This document shows positions 1-8,990 of a stretch of DNA of 53,370 bases, one piece after another. Source of the DNA: Eubacteriales bacterium (GTDB lineage: Bacteria; Bacillota; Clostridia; Oscillospirales; CAG-272); assembly GCA_045133915.1 (NCBI GenBank), contig JBGUUX010000070.1, positions 1-53,370 on the forward strand, given 5' to 3'. The position numbers were made by a program, and so were the translations under genes. The notes below the pieces were generated by a model, which was not told the origin of the DNA, did no database searches, and saw only the letters and a list, made by a program, of their open reading frames with translations. How positions within the stretch are numbered: position 1 is the first letter of the stretch; each line of letters opens with the position of its first letter.

Positions 1-839
1 TCTTCACCCTGTGCATTTGTAAGGAATTCACCCATAAGCTTCTTTTCACCTGTAGCGGGGTCACGTGTGAACGCAACGCCTGTACCACAGTCTTCACCCA
101 TGTTACCAAACGCCATTGCCTGAACGTTAACAGCAGTACCCCAAGAATAAGGAATATCGTTGTCACGTCTGTAAACGTTTGCTCTGGGGTTGTCCCAAGA
201 ACGGAATACTGCCTTGACGGCACCCATAAGCTGCTCCTTGGGATCGCTGGGGAAATCGGTTCCGATCTTAGCCTTGTACTCAGCCTTGAACTGACCAGCG
301 AGCTCCATAAGGTCCTCTGCAGTAAGGTCAACGTCCTGAGTAACGCCCTTTGCTTCCTTCATCTCATCGATGAGCTCTTCAAAGTACTTCTTACCAACCT
401 CCATAACAACGTCGGAGTACATCTGAATAAATCTTCTGTAGCAGTCCCATGCCCAACGAGCATTACCGGACTTTTCAGCCATAACAGCAACAACCTCATC
501 GTTAAGACCGAGGTTAAGAATTGTATCCATCATACCGGGCATGGATGCACGAGCACCGGAACGAACGGAAACGAGGAGGGGATTCTCCTTATCACCGAAC
601 TTCTTGCCGGTGATGCCTTCCATCTTGTCAATGTACTCCATGATCTGAGCCTGGATGTCATCATTGATCTTCTTGCCGTCCTCGTAGTAAGCGGTACAAG
701 CTTCAGTGGTTACGGTGAAACCCTGGGGAACAGGAAGACCGATCTTGGTCATTTCTGCGAGGTTAGCACCCTTACCGCCGAGAAGCTCACGCATGGAAGC
801 GTCGCCCTCAGAGAACAAATAAACAAATTTCTTTGCCAT
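1..839 (-). CDS. ppdK: pyruvate, phosphate dikinase, N-terminal ~279 codons (gene continues past the left window edge)
   Basis: Absent from the ORF track because it is open at the window edge. My reverse-strand translation from the ATG at 839-837 reads MAKKFVYLFSEGDASMRELLGGKGANLAEMTKIGLPVPQGFTVTTEAC...VRSGARASMPGMMDTILNLGLND, the conserved PPDK N-terminal nucleotide-binding region. GGAGGA at 852-847. Confidence 0.9.
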   Translation of the reverse strand, partial: MAKKFVYLFSEGDASMRELLGGKGANLAEMTKIGLPVPQGFTVTTEACTAYYEDGKKINDDIQAQIMEYIDKMEGITGKKFGDKENPLLVSVRSGARASMPGMMDTILNLGLNDEVVAVMAEKSGNARWAWDCYRRFIQMYSDVVMEVGKKYFEELIDEMKEAKGVTQDVDLTAEDLMELAGQFKAEYKAKIGTDFPSDPKEQLMGAVKAVFRSWDNPRANVYRRDNDIPYSWGTAVNVQAMAFGNMGEDCGTGVAFTRDPATGEKKLMGEFLTNAQGE

Positions 840-959
840 TGTTGGATCCTCCATATATTAAATATTATTTTTTGTCTATACAACGGATGCATTATAACAT
901 ATTTAAGGATACTTTGCTACCTTCAATACCCAAAATTAACAAAATGTTTATCAAATTCC

Positions 960-988
960 TTGCAATTATGCAGATTATAATATATAAT
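960..988 (+). promoter_or_regulatory. candidate sigma-A promoter for pth-mfd (TTGCAA, 17 nt spacer, TATAAT)
   Basis: TTGCAA at 960-965 and TATAAT at 983-988 with a 17-nt spacer, about 50 nt upstream of pth. The AT-rich context makes chance matches likely. Confidence 0.35.
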
Positions 989-1036
989 ATATAATATAAA
1001 ATGGTTTAGTTTATATATATTAAAGGATTTTACGTA

Positions 1037-1660
1037 ATGGCGAATATATTTGACCTTTTTAAGCAGATATCAAGTGAAAATAATACTCCCAAAGGACCTG
1101 TCACCCATATCGTTGCAGGCTTGGGTAACCCGGGCGCTAAGTATGCCCAGACACGCCACAATGCAGGATTTATGGCTCTTGATTATATAGAAGAAAAGTA
1201 TAATTTCAAAACCAATAAGGTTAAGTTTAAATCCCTTGTGGGAGAGACGACCTTTGCGGGTAAGAGCGTACTCTTTATGCGACCCCAGACCTTTATGAAC
1301 CTCTCAGGCGAGGCAATAAGAGAAGCGGCGGATTTCTACAAGGTACCCTCTGACAATATCATTATAATATATGATGACGTCAGCTTTGACCCCGGCACCA
1401 TGCGCATCAAGCGTAAGGGAAGCGCAGGCGGTCATAACGGCATCAAGAATATCATATTGCAGCTTGACACAGACGTATTTCCCCGTATCAAGCTGGGGGT
1501 TGGTATAAAACCCAAGGAATACGATATGGTAGACTGGGTGCTTGGTAAGATGCCTCCAGATACACACAAGGACTTTTTTGCTACCCTTGAAAAGACACCC
1601 GAGGCTCTTGAGCTTATTATATCGGGCAATCTTGATAAGGCGATGAACCAATTTAACTGA
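1037..1660 (+). CDS. pth: peptidyl-tRNA hydrolase
   Basis: 207 aa with the GLGNPGAKYAQTRHNAGF and GGHNGIKNI motifs typical of Pth. The conserved pth-mfd order supports the call. Confidence 0.95.
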   Translation: MANIFDLFKQISSENNTPKGPVTHIVAGLGNPGAKYAQTRHNAGFMALDYIEEKYNFKTNKVKFKSLVGETTFAGKSVLFMRPQTFMNLSGEAIREAADFYKVPSDNIIIIYDDVSFDPGTMRIKRKGSAGGHNGIKNIILQLDTDVFPRIKLGVGIKPKEYDMVDWVLGKMPPDTHKDFFATLEKTPEALELIISGNLDKAMNQFN

Positions 1661-4600
1661 TGAAACGTATTACCGATTACTTAAAAGAAAATAAGGAATA
1701 TAAGCAGGTATACGACTGCTTTACCGAGCAGAGAAGCGCACGCAAGCCCCTACCCATGACGGTAACTGGACTGTGTGACGGCGCACGCTCTGCCTTTTGT
1801 CGTGCTATCGTTGAGGATTATCGCCGTGACGGAGGCGGTGCCATACTCATTATCGCACCTGATGAAAAGACGGCTAACCGTATCAACGAGACACTTTCGC
1901 TCTCTCTTACAGGTGCGGTGTATATCTACCGTGATTATATGTTCCATAACGTGGTAGCTTCCCACGAGTTTGAATATGAGCGTATCTTTGCTCTCTCGGG
2001 TCTTCTTGACGACAGACTTGACTATATCGTGGCGACCCCCGACGCTATGCTTCAGTATACCATGCCTGCAGACGTGCTTGAGGCCTCCCGCCGCCGTCTT
2101 GAGCCGGGTTATGAGTGTGACCCCGAGGAGCTTTGCGCACATCTTGTATCCCTTGGCTATGCCAGATGCGAGACTATAGACGGTAAAGGTCAGTTCTCGG
2201 TGAGAGGCGGTATCCTTGATATCTTTTCTCCCGATATGGATACACCTGTCCGTATAGAGTTTTTTGGCGATGAGATAGACACCATCACCGCCTTTGATAT
2301 AATGACTCAGCGCCGCAGTGACCCCGTTGATATAATTGATATAACTCCTTGCCGAGAGATAATTCTCACAAAGGAAAAGACGGCTGAGCTTATAGATATC
2401 ATTTCTGCCGAAGCTAAAAAACAGAACGATTTCAGCAAAAAAGAGGTCTTTGACCGTGAGCTTGAGGCTCTGCGCAGCGGTACCGATATACATTTTATAG
2501 ATAAATATATCTCTGCGGTATATCCCGAAAGAGAAACTCTTCTTGATTACCTCGGTGTAAACGTTCCTTATATATTGATCGAGGAAAACGCCGTTACAAA
2601 GCGTCTTGAAGCTTACGACTGGCAGCTTAACCAGACCACAACCGAGCTTCTCTCTGCAGGTGTAGACAAGAAGATATGTGACTACGGTAAGTGGAAGCAG
2701 GACTTTGACGTTAAGCTCTCTACCTCAAGCGGTATTCTTTGCGATACCTTTTTGACCTCGTCTGGTGGTGCTAAGCGCTCGGGCGTGTTCAGCTTTATGA
2801 CCAAGCAGACCGCTTCGTATTTTGATAAATACGATCTTCTGTTTGAGGATCTTCTGTCGTATCTGCGCTCCGACTACCGTGTCATTATCCTCTGCGAAAA
2901 CAAGGCGGCGATAAAGGAGCTGACATCGGCACTTGACGAGAACAATATAACCGCCCTTACCGAGTCGGATCCCGAATACGGTAAGCCGCTCCTTATATAT
3001 AACGACAATCTCCCCTGCTTTGAGCTGACCGCATCAAAGTTCGTATGTCTTACTACTCTAAAGGGAAATGAACGTGTCCGTGCCAAGCTTCAAAAGGCAA
3101 AAAAGAAGCACAAGAAAAAGGACGGACGTGAGAGCATCATGTCCTATGCCGATCTTAATATCGGCGACTTTGTGGTACACGAAAACCACGGTATAGGACA
3201 GTATCTGGGTATGCAGAGCCTTACACTTGAGGGTGTACGACGTGACTTTGTCAAGATAAAGTACCACGGTACCGATATGCTCTATCTGCCCTGTGACCAG
3301 CTTGATTCTATAGCAAAGTATATCGGCGCAGGTTCGGATGACGGAAGCGTAAAGCTTTCCAAGATGGGCGGTAACGAATGGGTCAAGGCTAAGGCTAAGG
3401 CTAAACGTGCCGCAACCGATATGGCAAAGGATCTTATACAGCTCTACGCACAGCGTCTGAGACAGAAGGGTCACGCCTACGACCCCGACGATGATTTTCA
3501 GAGACAGTTTGAGGATGAGTTTGAATACGAAGAGACCGACGGTCAGCTTCTTGCGGTAGAAGAGATCAAGCGGGATATGGAAAGCGAACATCCCATGGAC
3601 CGTCTGCTCTGCGGTGACGTAGGCTTTGGTAAGACCGAGGTAGCACTGCGAGCTGCATTTAAGGCAGTTAACGGCTCAAAGCAGGTTGCAGTTCTTGTGC
3701 CTACCACCATACTTGCAATGCAGCATTATCAGACTATAGCCTCCCGTATGAGAGGATTTCCCATCAAGGTGGATATGCTCTCCCGCTTCAGAACAAACAA
3801 GCAGCAGGAGGAGACTATACGTAAGCTCCGCCGAGGTGAGATAGACATTATCGTGGGTACTCACCGTATGCTGTCAAAGGATATAGTTTTCCACGATCTC
3901 GGACTTGTTATCGTAGACGAGGAACAGCGCTTCGGTGTTGCCCAAAAGGAGAAGCTGAAGCAGCTTTCAAAGAACGTTGACGTTCTTACGTTAACGGCTA
4001 CCCCTATCCCCAGAACCCTCAATATGGCTATGAGCGGTATCCGCGATATGTCTGTGCTTGAGGAGGCTCCGGGAGACCGTATGCCTGTACAGAGCTACGT
4101 TCTTGAGTATGATGATACCATTATAGCTGAAGCTATAAACAAGGAGCTTCGTCGAGGCGGTCAGGTATTCTATCTGTATAACCGCGTTGACAATATCAAT
4201 AACGTAGCATCCCGCATATCCGCTATGGCGCCTGATGCCAAGGTGGCAGTTGCCCACGGACAGATGGATAAGGAACAGATGAGCGAGATATGGGAGCAGA
4301 TGGTAACGGGAGATATAGATATCCTTGTCAGCACCACTATTATAGAAACAGGCGTTGATATCCCTAACGCCAATACTCTCGTTATAGAAAACTCCGACCG
4401 TATGGGTCTTAGTCAGCTTCATCAGATAAGAGGACGTATAGGTAGAAGCAACCGCCGTGCTTATGCATATTTTACCTATTCCAAGGGCAAGGTGCTTTCC
4501 GAGATATCGGAAAAGAGACTGTCAGCTGTACGCGATTATACCGAGTTCGGCTCCGGCTTCAAGATAGCTCTTCGTGACCTTGAGATAAGAGGTGCAGGTA

Positions 4601-5166
4601 ATCTCCTTGGCTCAGAGCAGCACGGTAATATCGAAAGCGTAGGTTACGATCTCTATATCAAGATACTCAATCAGGCTATCCTTGAGGAGAAGGGTGAGCT
4701 TATTCCCGAAAAGCCTGAGTGTACGGTTGACATCAAGGTAAACGCCTTTATCCCCGAAGCATATATAACCTCCTCGGCACAGCGTATTGAGGCTTATAAG
4801 AAGATAGCTTCTATCGAGAACGAGGATGACTATTGGGATATAGTAGACGAGCTTCTTGACCGTTACGGCGAGATGCCCATGCAGGTAGAGAACCTTTGCC
4901 GTATATCCTATATACGTGCCCTTGGCAGAACTGCGGGGCTTAGTAAGATAGTAATGTCGGGTACGTCAATGAACTTCTATTCAGAGCCTATTGACGTAAG
5001 AACCTGGACGGTACTTGCGGGAGAATATAAGGGTAAGATACTTCTTAATCTTTCATCCAAGCCCTATGCTACCTACCGTATGGCGGGCGAAAAAAATCCC
5101 CTTGCCAAGACCATAGGCGTTCTTGCAAAATATATTCAGTATCAGAAATCAGAGGAAACAAAATGA
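1660..5166 (+). CDS. mfd: transcription-repair coupling factor
   Basis: 1168 aa. Contains a CarD/TRCF segment (DFVVHENHGIGQY) and helicase motifs GDVGFGKTEVA, DEEQRFG and QLHQIRGRIGR. The start overlaps the pth stop (TGATG). Confidence 0.95.
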   Translation: MKRITDYLKENKEYKQVYDCFTEQRSARKPLPMTVTGLCDGARSAFCRAIVEDYRRDGGGAILIIAPDEKTANRINETLSLSLTGAVYIYRDYMFHNVVASHEFEYERIFALSGLLDDRLDYIVATPDAMLQYTMPADVLEASRRRLEPGYECDPEELCAHLVSLGYARCETIDGKGQFSVRGGILDIFSPDMDTPVRIEFFGDEIDTITAFDIMTQRRSDPVDIIDITPCREIILTKEKTAELIDIISAEAKKQNDFSKKEVFDRELEALRSGTDIHFIDKYISAVYPERETLLDYLGVNVPYILIEENAVTKRLEAYDWQLNQTTTELLSAGVDKKICDYGKWKQDFDVKLSTSSGILCDTFLTSSGGAKRSGVFSFMTKQTASYFDKYDLLFEDLLSYLRSDYRVIILCENKAAIKELTSALDENNITALTESDPEYGKPLLIYNDNLPCFELTASKFVCLTTLKGNERVRAKLQKAKKKHKKKDGRESIMSYADLNIGDFVVHENHGIGQYLGMQSLTLEGVRRDFVKIKYHGTDMLYLPCDQLDSIAKYIGAGSDDGSVKLSKMGGNEWVKAKAKAKRAATDMAKDLIQLYAQRLRQKGHAYDPDDDFQRQFEDEFEYEETDGQLLAVEEIKRDMESEHPMDRLLCGDVGFGKTEVALRAAFKAVNGSKQVAVLVPTTILAMQHYQTIASRMRGFPIKVDMLSRFRTNKQQEETIRKLRRGEIDIIVGTHRMLSKDIVFHDLGLVIVDEEQRFGVAQKEKLKQLSKNVDVLTLTATPIPRTLNMAMSGIRDMSVLEEAPGDRMPVQSYVLEYDDTIIAEAINKELRRGGQVFYLYNRVDNINNVASRISAMAPDAKVAVAHGQMDKEQMSEIWEQMVTGDIDILVSTTIIETGVDIPNANTLVIENSDRMGLSQLHQIRGRIGRSNRRAYAYFTYSKGKVLSEISEKRLSAVRDYTEFGSGFKIALRDLEIRGAGNLLGSEQHGNIESVGYDLYIKILNQAILEEKGELIPEKPECTVDIKVNAFIPEAYITSSAQRIEAYKKIASIENEDDYWDIVDELLDRYGEMPMQVENLCRISYIRALGRTAGLSKIVMSGTSMNFYSEPIDVRTWTVLAGEYKGKILLNLSSKPYATYRMAGEKNPLAKTIGVLAKYIQYQKSEETK

Positions 5167-6254
5167 AAAGAATAACACTTTTAATCCTGTGTATATGTCT
5201 CTGCGTATCCCTTTGCGCATGCACCGGTGCAGAGGGTAAGGCGATAATGTCCTATAAGGGTGCAAAGGCGACAGAAAGCCTGTATTCCTATTGGATGTCT
5301 ACCTATAAGAGTAATTTCTTGTATTACTATAACGACGGTATAGACAGCGACGAGTTTTGGGACACCCTTATATCGGATGACCAAAGCTATGAGGAATACG
5401 TTGTCAACTGGATAGATACCGAGATGCAGTACCGTACCGTTGCTCTCTGGCTCTTTGATGAGTATAAGCTTAAGCTTTCGGATGCACGTATTGCCGAGAT
5501 CGATGCCGATATTGCAGAAAAGATAGAATACGCAGGTACAAGAGAGCAGATAAATACCGAACTTTCAAAGTTAGGTATGAATCTTGATATGCTCCGCGAG
5601 GTGTACATCGCTAACGCCAAATATGACGCCGTTTACGAGTATCTCTACGGCGCAGGGGGTAAGGAAGCTCCCACAGATAGCGACAGGGCAGAGTATTATA
5701 ATGATAACTACTACTGTCTCAAGTATATAACCATCTATTCCGGCGCCAGCCTCAAGACTGACGAAAGCGGTAACTACGTCTATGACGATGACGGTCAGAT
5801 AGAGCTTGTACGTCTTACCGAGGACGAAAAAAAGGTAAAGCAGCAGCTTATAGATACGGTGGTTGCAGGAGTTACGGCAGGCGGTGACTTTGACCAATAT
5901 ATCAAGGAGTTTTCCGAGGTGGACTATAGCGACTATCCCGACGGATTTCTTGTATCAGAGAACGATTACAGCCGTTTTGGAAGCGATATAGTCAAGGCTG
6001 CAACCGAACTCAAGGTAGGCGAGATAAGAACGGTATCCGATGAAAACGTAACCTATATCATACAGAAGTGCGCCCTTACCGAATACACCTCTCTTACTCA
6101 GAACAATAAGACCCAGCTTGAAAATATGGACGATTATATAGTAAGAGAAAAGTATACCGAAAAATTTGGCGCTTACGCCAAAGACGTAGTGGTAAATACA
6201 GACCTTAAGGACAGCTACAATATCCGTAAGGTATCCGAAAACTCTTATTTTTAA
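5163..6254 (+). CDS. lipoprotein, possibly a SurA-N/PrsA-like chaperone without a recognisable rotamase domain
   Basis: Signal peptide plus lipobox (LCVSLCAC). ATG overlaps the mfd stop (ATGA). It occupies the position after mfd where Firmicutes often encode a PrsA/SurA-like protein. I saw no PPIase motif. Confidence 0.5.
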   Translation: MKRITLLILCICLCVSLCACTGAEGKAIMSYKGAKATESLYSYWMSTYKSNFLYYYNDGIDSDEFWDTLISDDQSYEEYVVNWIDTEMQYRTVALWLFDEYKLKLSDARIAEIDADIAEKIEYAGTREQINTELSKLGMNLDMLREVYIANAKYDAVYEYLYGAGGKEAPTDSDRAEYYNDNYYCLKYITIYSGASLKTDESGNYVYDDDGQIELVRLTEDEKKVKQQLIDTVVAGVTAGGDFDQYIKEFSEVDYSDYPDGFLVSENDYSRFGSDIVKAATELKVGEIRTVSDENVTYIIQKCALTEYTSLTQNNKTQLENMDDYIVREKYTEKFGAYAKDVVVNTDLKDSYNIRKVSENSYF

Positions 6255-6266
6255 AGGACAGTATAT

Positions 6267-7439
6267 ATGATAAAGCTTTTAAGTTCTATCTTTATTAAGG
6301 ATAGGGATAATACAGGCGATCCCGCAGTAAGAACTGCATACGGAACCCTGTGCAGTATCTTTGGTATATTTCTCAATCTTCTGCTTTTTGCAGGTAAGCT
6401 TGCATGCGGTCTTATAAGCGGATCTATTGCAATAACCGCAGATTCATTTAACAACTTAGCCGATGCAGGCTCAAGCATCGTTACTCTTTTTGGTTTCAGA
6501 TTAGCAAACATGAAGCCCGACCCCGAGCATCCCTTCGGTCACGGCAGATTTGAGTATATCTCGGGTCTGGTTGTTTCCTTTGCTATACTTCTTATGGGAT
6601 TTGAGTTGGCAAAAAGCTCGGTGTCTGCTATTGCTAATCCCGAGCCGGTAGAGTTCTCCGTGCTTTCGCTTATTATCCTTGCAGTTTCGGTAGCCGTAAA
6701 GCTTTATATGGCATTCTATAACAGAGCCATAGGTAAAAAGATATCTTCTGCGGCAATGGATGCAACCGCTAAGGATAGCTTAAGCGATGCCGTATCTACA
6801 GGCGTTATCCTTGTTATCGCAATAGTAACACCCTATATTCCCTTTGCCATCGACGGTTGGGCCGGTCTTGTGGTATCCGCGCTTATCCTTTGGGCGGGTA
6901 TAAACTCGGTTAAGGATACCATTTCGCCTCTTCTCGGACAGAGCCCCGACAAGGAGTTTGTTTCTGATATAGAGAAGATAGTTATGAGCTATCCCAACGT
7001 GTCGGGTATACACGATCTTGTGGTACACGACTACGGTCCCGGAAGACTTATGATAAGTCTGCATGCCGAGGTGCCGGTATCTATGAATATCAACGTTGCC
7101 CACGATATGATCGACAATATCGAGGTGCATCTGACAAAGGAGCTTAACTGTCACGCCGTTATACATATGGACCCCGTTGACTACGACGATCCCAAGACCG
7201 TTGAGCTTCGTGTTAAGGTAAACGAGATAGTCAAGGGACTTTGCGGTAACGCATCTATTCATGATTTTCGCGTAGTGTACGGTAACACCCACACCAACCT
7301 TGTTTTTGACGTGGTGTTGCCCTTTGATACAGACTTTGGTGATAAAGATTTTATTTCAAAGGTAGAAAAGCGTGTCAAAGCATATGACGAAAACCTCAAC
7401 TGCGTAATACACATAGATAAAGATTATACCGGTCATTGA
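6267..7439 (+). CDS. cation diffusion facilitator (CDF) family metal efflux transporter
   Basis: 390 aa with multiple TM helices, the FNNLADAGSS and HPFGHGRFEY motifs typical of CDF proteins, and a C-terminal cytoplasmic domain. Confidence 0.85.
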   Translation: MIKLLSSIFIKDRDNTGDPAVRTAYGTLCSIFGIFLNLLLFAGKLACGLISGSIAITADSFNNLADAGSSIVTLFGFRLANMKPDPEHPFGHGRFEYISGLVVSFAILLMGFELAKSSVSAIANPEPVEFSVLSLIILAVSVAVKLYMAFYNRAIGKKISSAAMDATAKDSLSDAVSTGVILVIAIVTPYIPFAIDGWAGLVVSALILWAGINSVKDTISPLLGQSPDKEFVSDIEKIVMSYPNVSGIHDLVVHDYGPGRLMISLHAEVPVSMNINVAHDMIDNIEVHLTKELNCHAVIHMDPVDYDDPKTVELRVKVNEIVKGLCGNASIHDFRVVYGNTHTNLVFDVVLPFDTDFGDKDFISKVEKRVKAYDENLNCVIHIDKDYTGH

Positions 7440-7492
7440 TATTTTATAATAAGTGTGTTATAATATATCTATCAAAAAACAGGAGAAAAGCA

Positions 7493-8989
7493 ATGAAAAA
7501 GATTATTTCTGTTGTATTAGCTATGATCATGCTGATACTTTGCATCCCATCTTCCGCCGAAACGGTAAGTTTTCCCGACGTTAAGGAAAGCGCTTGGTAC
7601 TATGATGCAGTTACATACTGTGCGGGAAAGGGAATATTCAACGGCAACAAGGACGGCAGCTTTGCTCCCGCAAAGTCTATAACAAGAGCTGAATTTGTTG
7701 TAGCCCTTGCCAACTATTCCGGTGAGGATATTAGTGCCGAAGAATGTGACCGATTTACCGATATTAAGCCATCCCATTGGTTTTACAGCGCAGTAGCTTG
7801 GGCGGCAAATAAAGGTATCGTTTCAGGCACTTCTGAGACCACGTATTCTCCCTCAAAGCAGATAAGCCGTCAGGATCTCTGTCTTATGCTTATGAACTAC
7901 CTTAAATATAAAGGCATTGAGCTTGAGTCTGATATGTCAGCACCCTTTGCAGACGATGCAAAGATAGGCGCTTGGGCAAAGGATGCGGTATACGCTATCA
8001 AGAAAGCGGGTATCGTAGCAGGTATGGGCGAAAACAAGTTTGATCCCAGAGGTAACGCTACAAGAGCTCAGGTTGCACAGATGATGATGCAGTTTGATAA
8101 ATTTATGGAAAGCGCAGGCACTTCTCCTATGAAAGTTGAAAAAATTAAGATAACTATCCCAGGTGTAGAGGGCTCTGTCAAGTTTATGCATTTAAGCGAC
8201 AGCCATCTGACCCTCTTTGATGAGACCGACTCTGAAAAGGCGGTTGCAGAGATGACCGAAAGAGGAGCAATGTTTGATAAGCAGGTGGGCGACGGAATCA
8301 AACGCGAGGACAAGCTTGCCGGGTTCTATGCAATGGCTGAGGAAGAGGGCGTAGATGAGATCCTTCTTTCAGGTGATATAATCGACGCTCCCAGTAACGG
8401 TAATATGAAGTTCCTTGCCGATCTTGTAAGCAATTCCAAGATCCCTTCAATATACACTCTCGGTAATCACGACTGGTCTTTCTCTGATAACTATCAGGGT
8501 GAAAGAGACAAATACGTTCCCGGATTTGCCGAGATCTTCGGAACCATTGACCCCGATACCGAGGTTAAATATTGGGATGACGTTTGCAGCGTTTATGAGT
8601 ACGACGGCTTTGTTCTTGTAACCGTTGATAACAGTAACGATCAGGTACCTTCTGCGGCAACTTCTATTCTTAAGAGCTACGCAAAGTCAGGCACTCCTGT
8701 TATACTTATGCTTCACGTACCCGTAAGCTGCGAGAGCGCAGTTGCAGACGTAACAAATATGTGGGGCAGAGATATTGCTATAGGTTCTGCCGCTCTTAAC
8801 CCCAACGCATCAACAAAGCAGTTTGTAGAATTTCTCAGATCCAACGAGTCTACTGTTGTGGCAATCCTTGCAGGACATACACATTTAAGCCACGTAGACG
8901 ACGTAAGCCCCAACAATGATACAGTGCAGTACACCCTCGGAGCAACCTTTGAGGATTATGCAAGAATATTTGAAATAGTAGGTGAATGA
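7493..8989 (+). CDS. secreted SLH-domain (x3) protein fused to a calcineurin-like metallophosphoesterase
   Basis: Start trimmed to MKKIISVV (ATG 7493, AGGAGA upstream). Signal peptide present. Three SLH-like repeats (FPDVKESAWYYDAV, FTDIKPSHWFYSAV, FADDAKIGAWAKDAV). Phosphoesterase motifs LSDSH, SGDIID, GNHD and GHTH. Confidence 0.8.
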   Translation: MKKIISVVLAMIMLILCIPSSAETVSFPDVKESAWYYDAVTYCAGKGIFNGNKDGSFAPAKSITRAEFVVALANYSGEDISAEECDRFTDIKPSHWFYSAVAWAANKGIVSGTSETTYSPSKQISRQDLCLMLMNYLKYKGIELESDMSAPFADDAKIGAWAKDAVYAIKKAGIVAGMGENKFDPRGNATRAQVAQMMMQFDKFMESAGTSPMKVEKIKITIPGVEGSVKFMHLSDSHLTLFDETDSEKAVAEMTERGAMFDKQVGDGIKREDKLAGFYAMAEEEGVDEILLSGDIIDAPSNGNMKFLADLVSNSKIPSIYTLGNHDWSFSDNYQGERDKYVPGFAEIFGTIDPDTEVKYWDDVCSVYEYDGFVLVTVDNSNDQVPSAATSILKSYAKSGTPVILMLHVPVSCESAVADVTNMWGRDIAIGSAALNPNASTKQFVEFLRSNESTVVAILAGHTHLSHVDDVSPNNDTVQYTLGATFEDYARIFEIVGE

Positions 8990-8990
8990 T

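Noticed and set aside
963-1010. Iterated TATAATATA motifs upstream of pth
   Set aside because: This is low-complexity AT-rich promoter DNA between divergent genes, with no defined repeat unit or structure.
1750-2493. 247-aa ORF on the - strand, plus the many 60-170-aa ORFs nested in annotated genes
   Set aside because: All lie inside longer ORFs that carry clear family motifs. None has an RBS or a recognisable motif.
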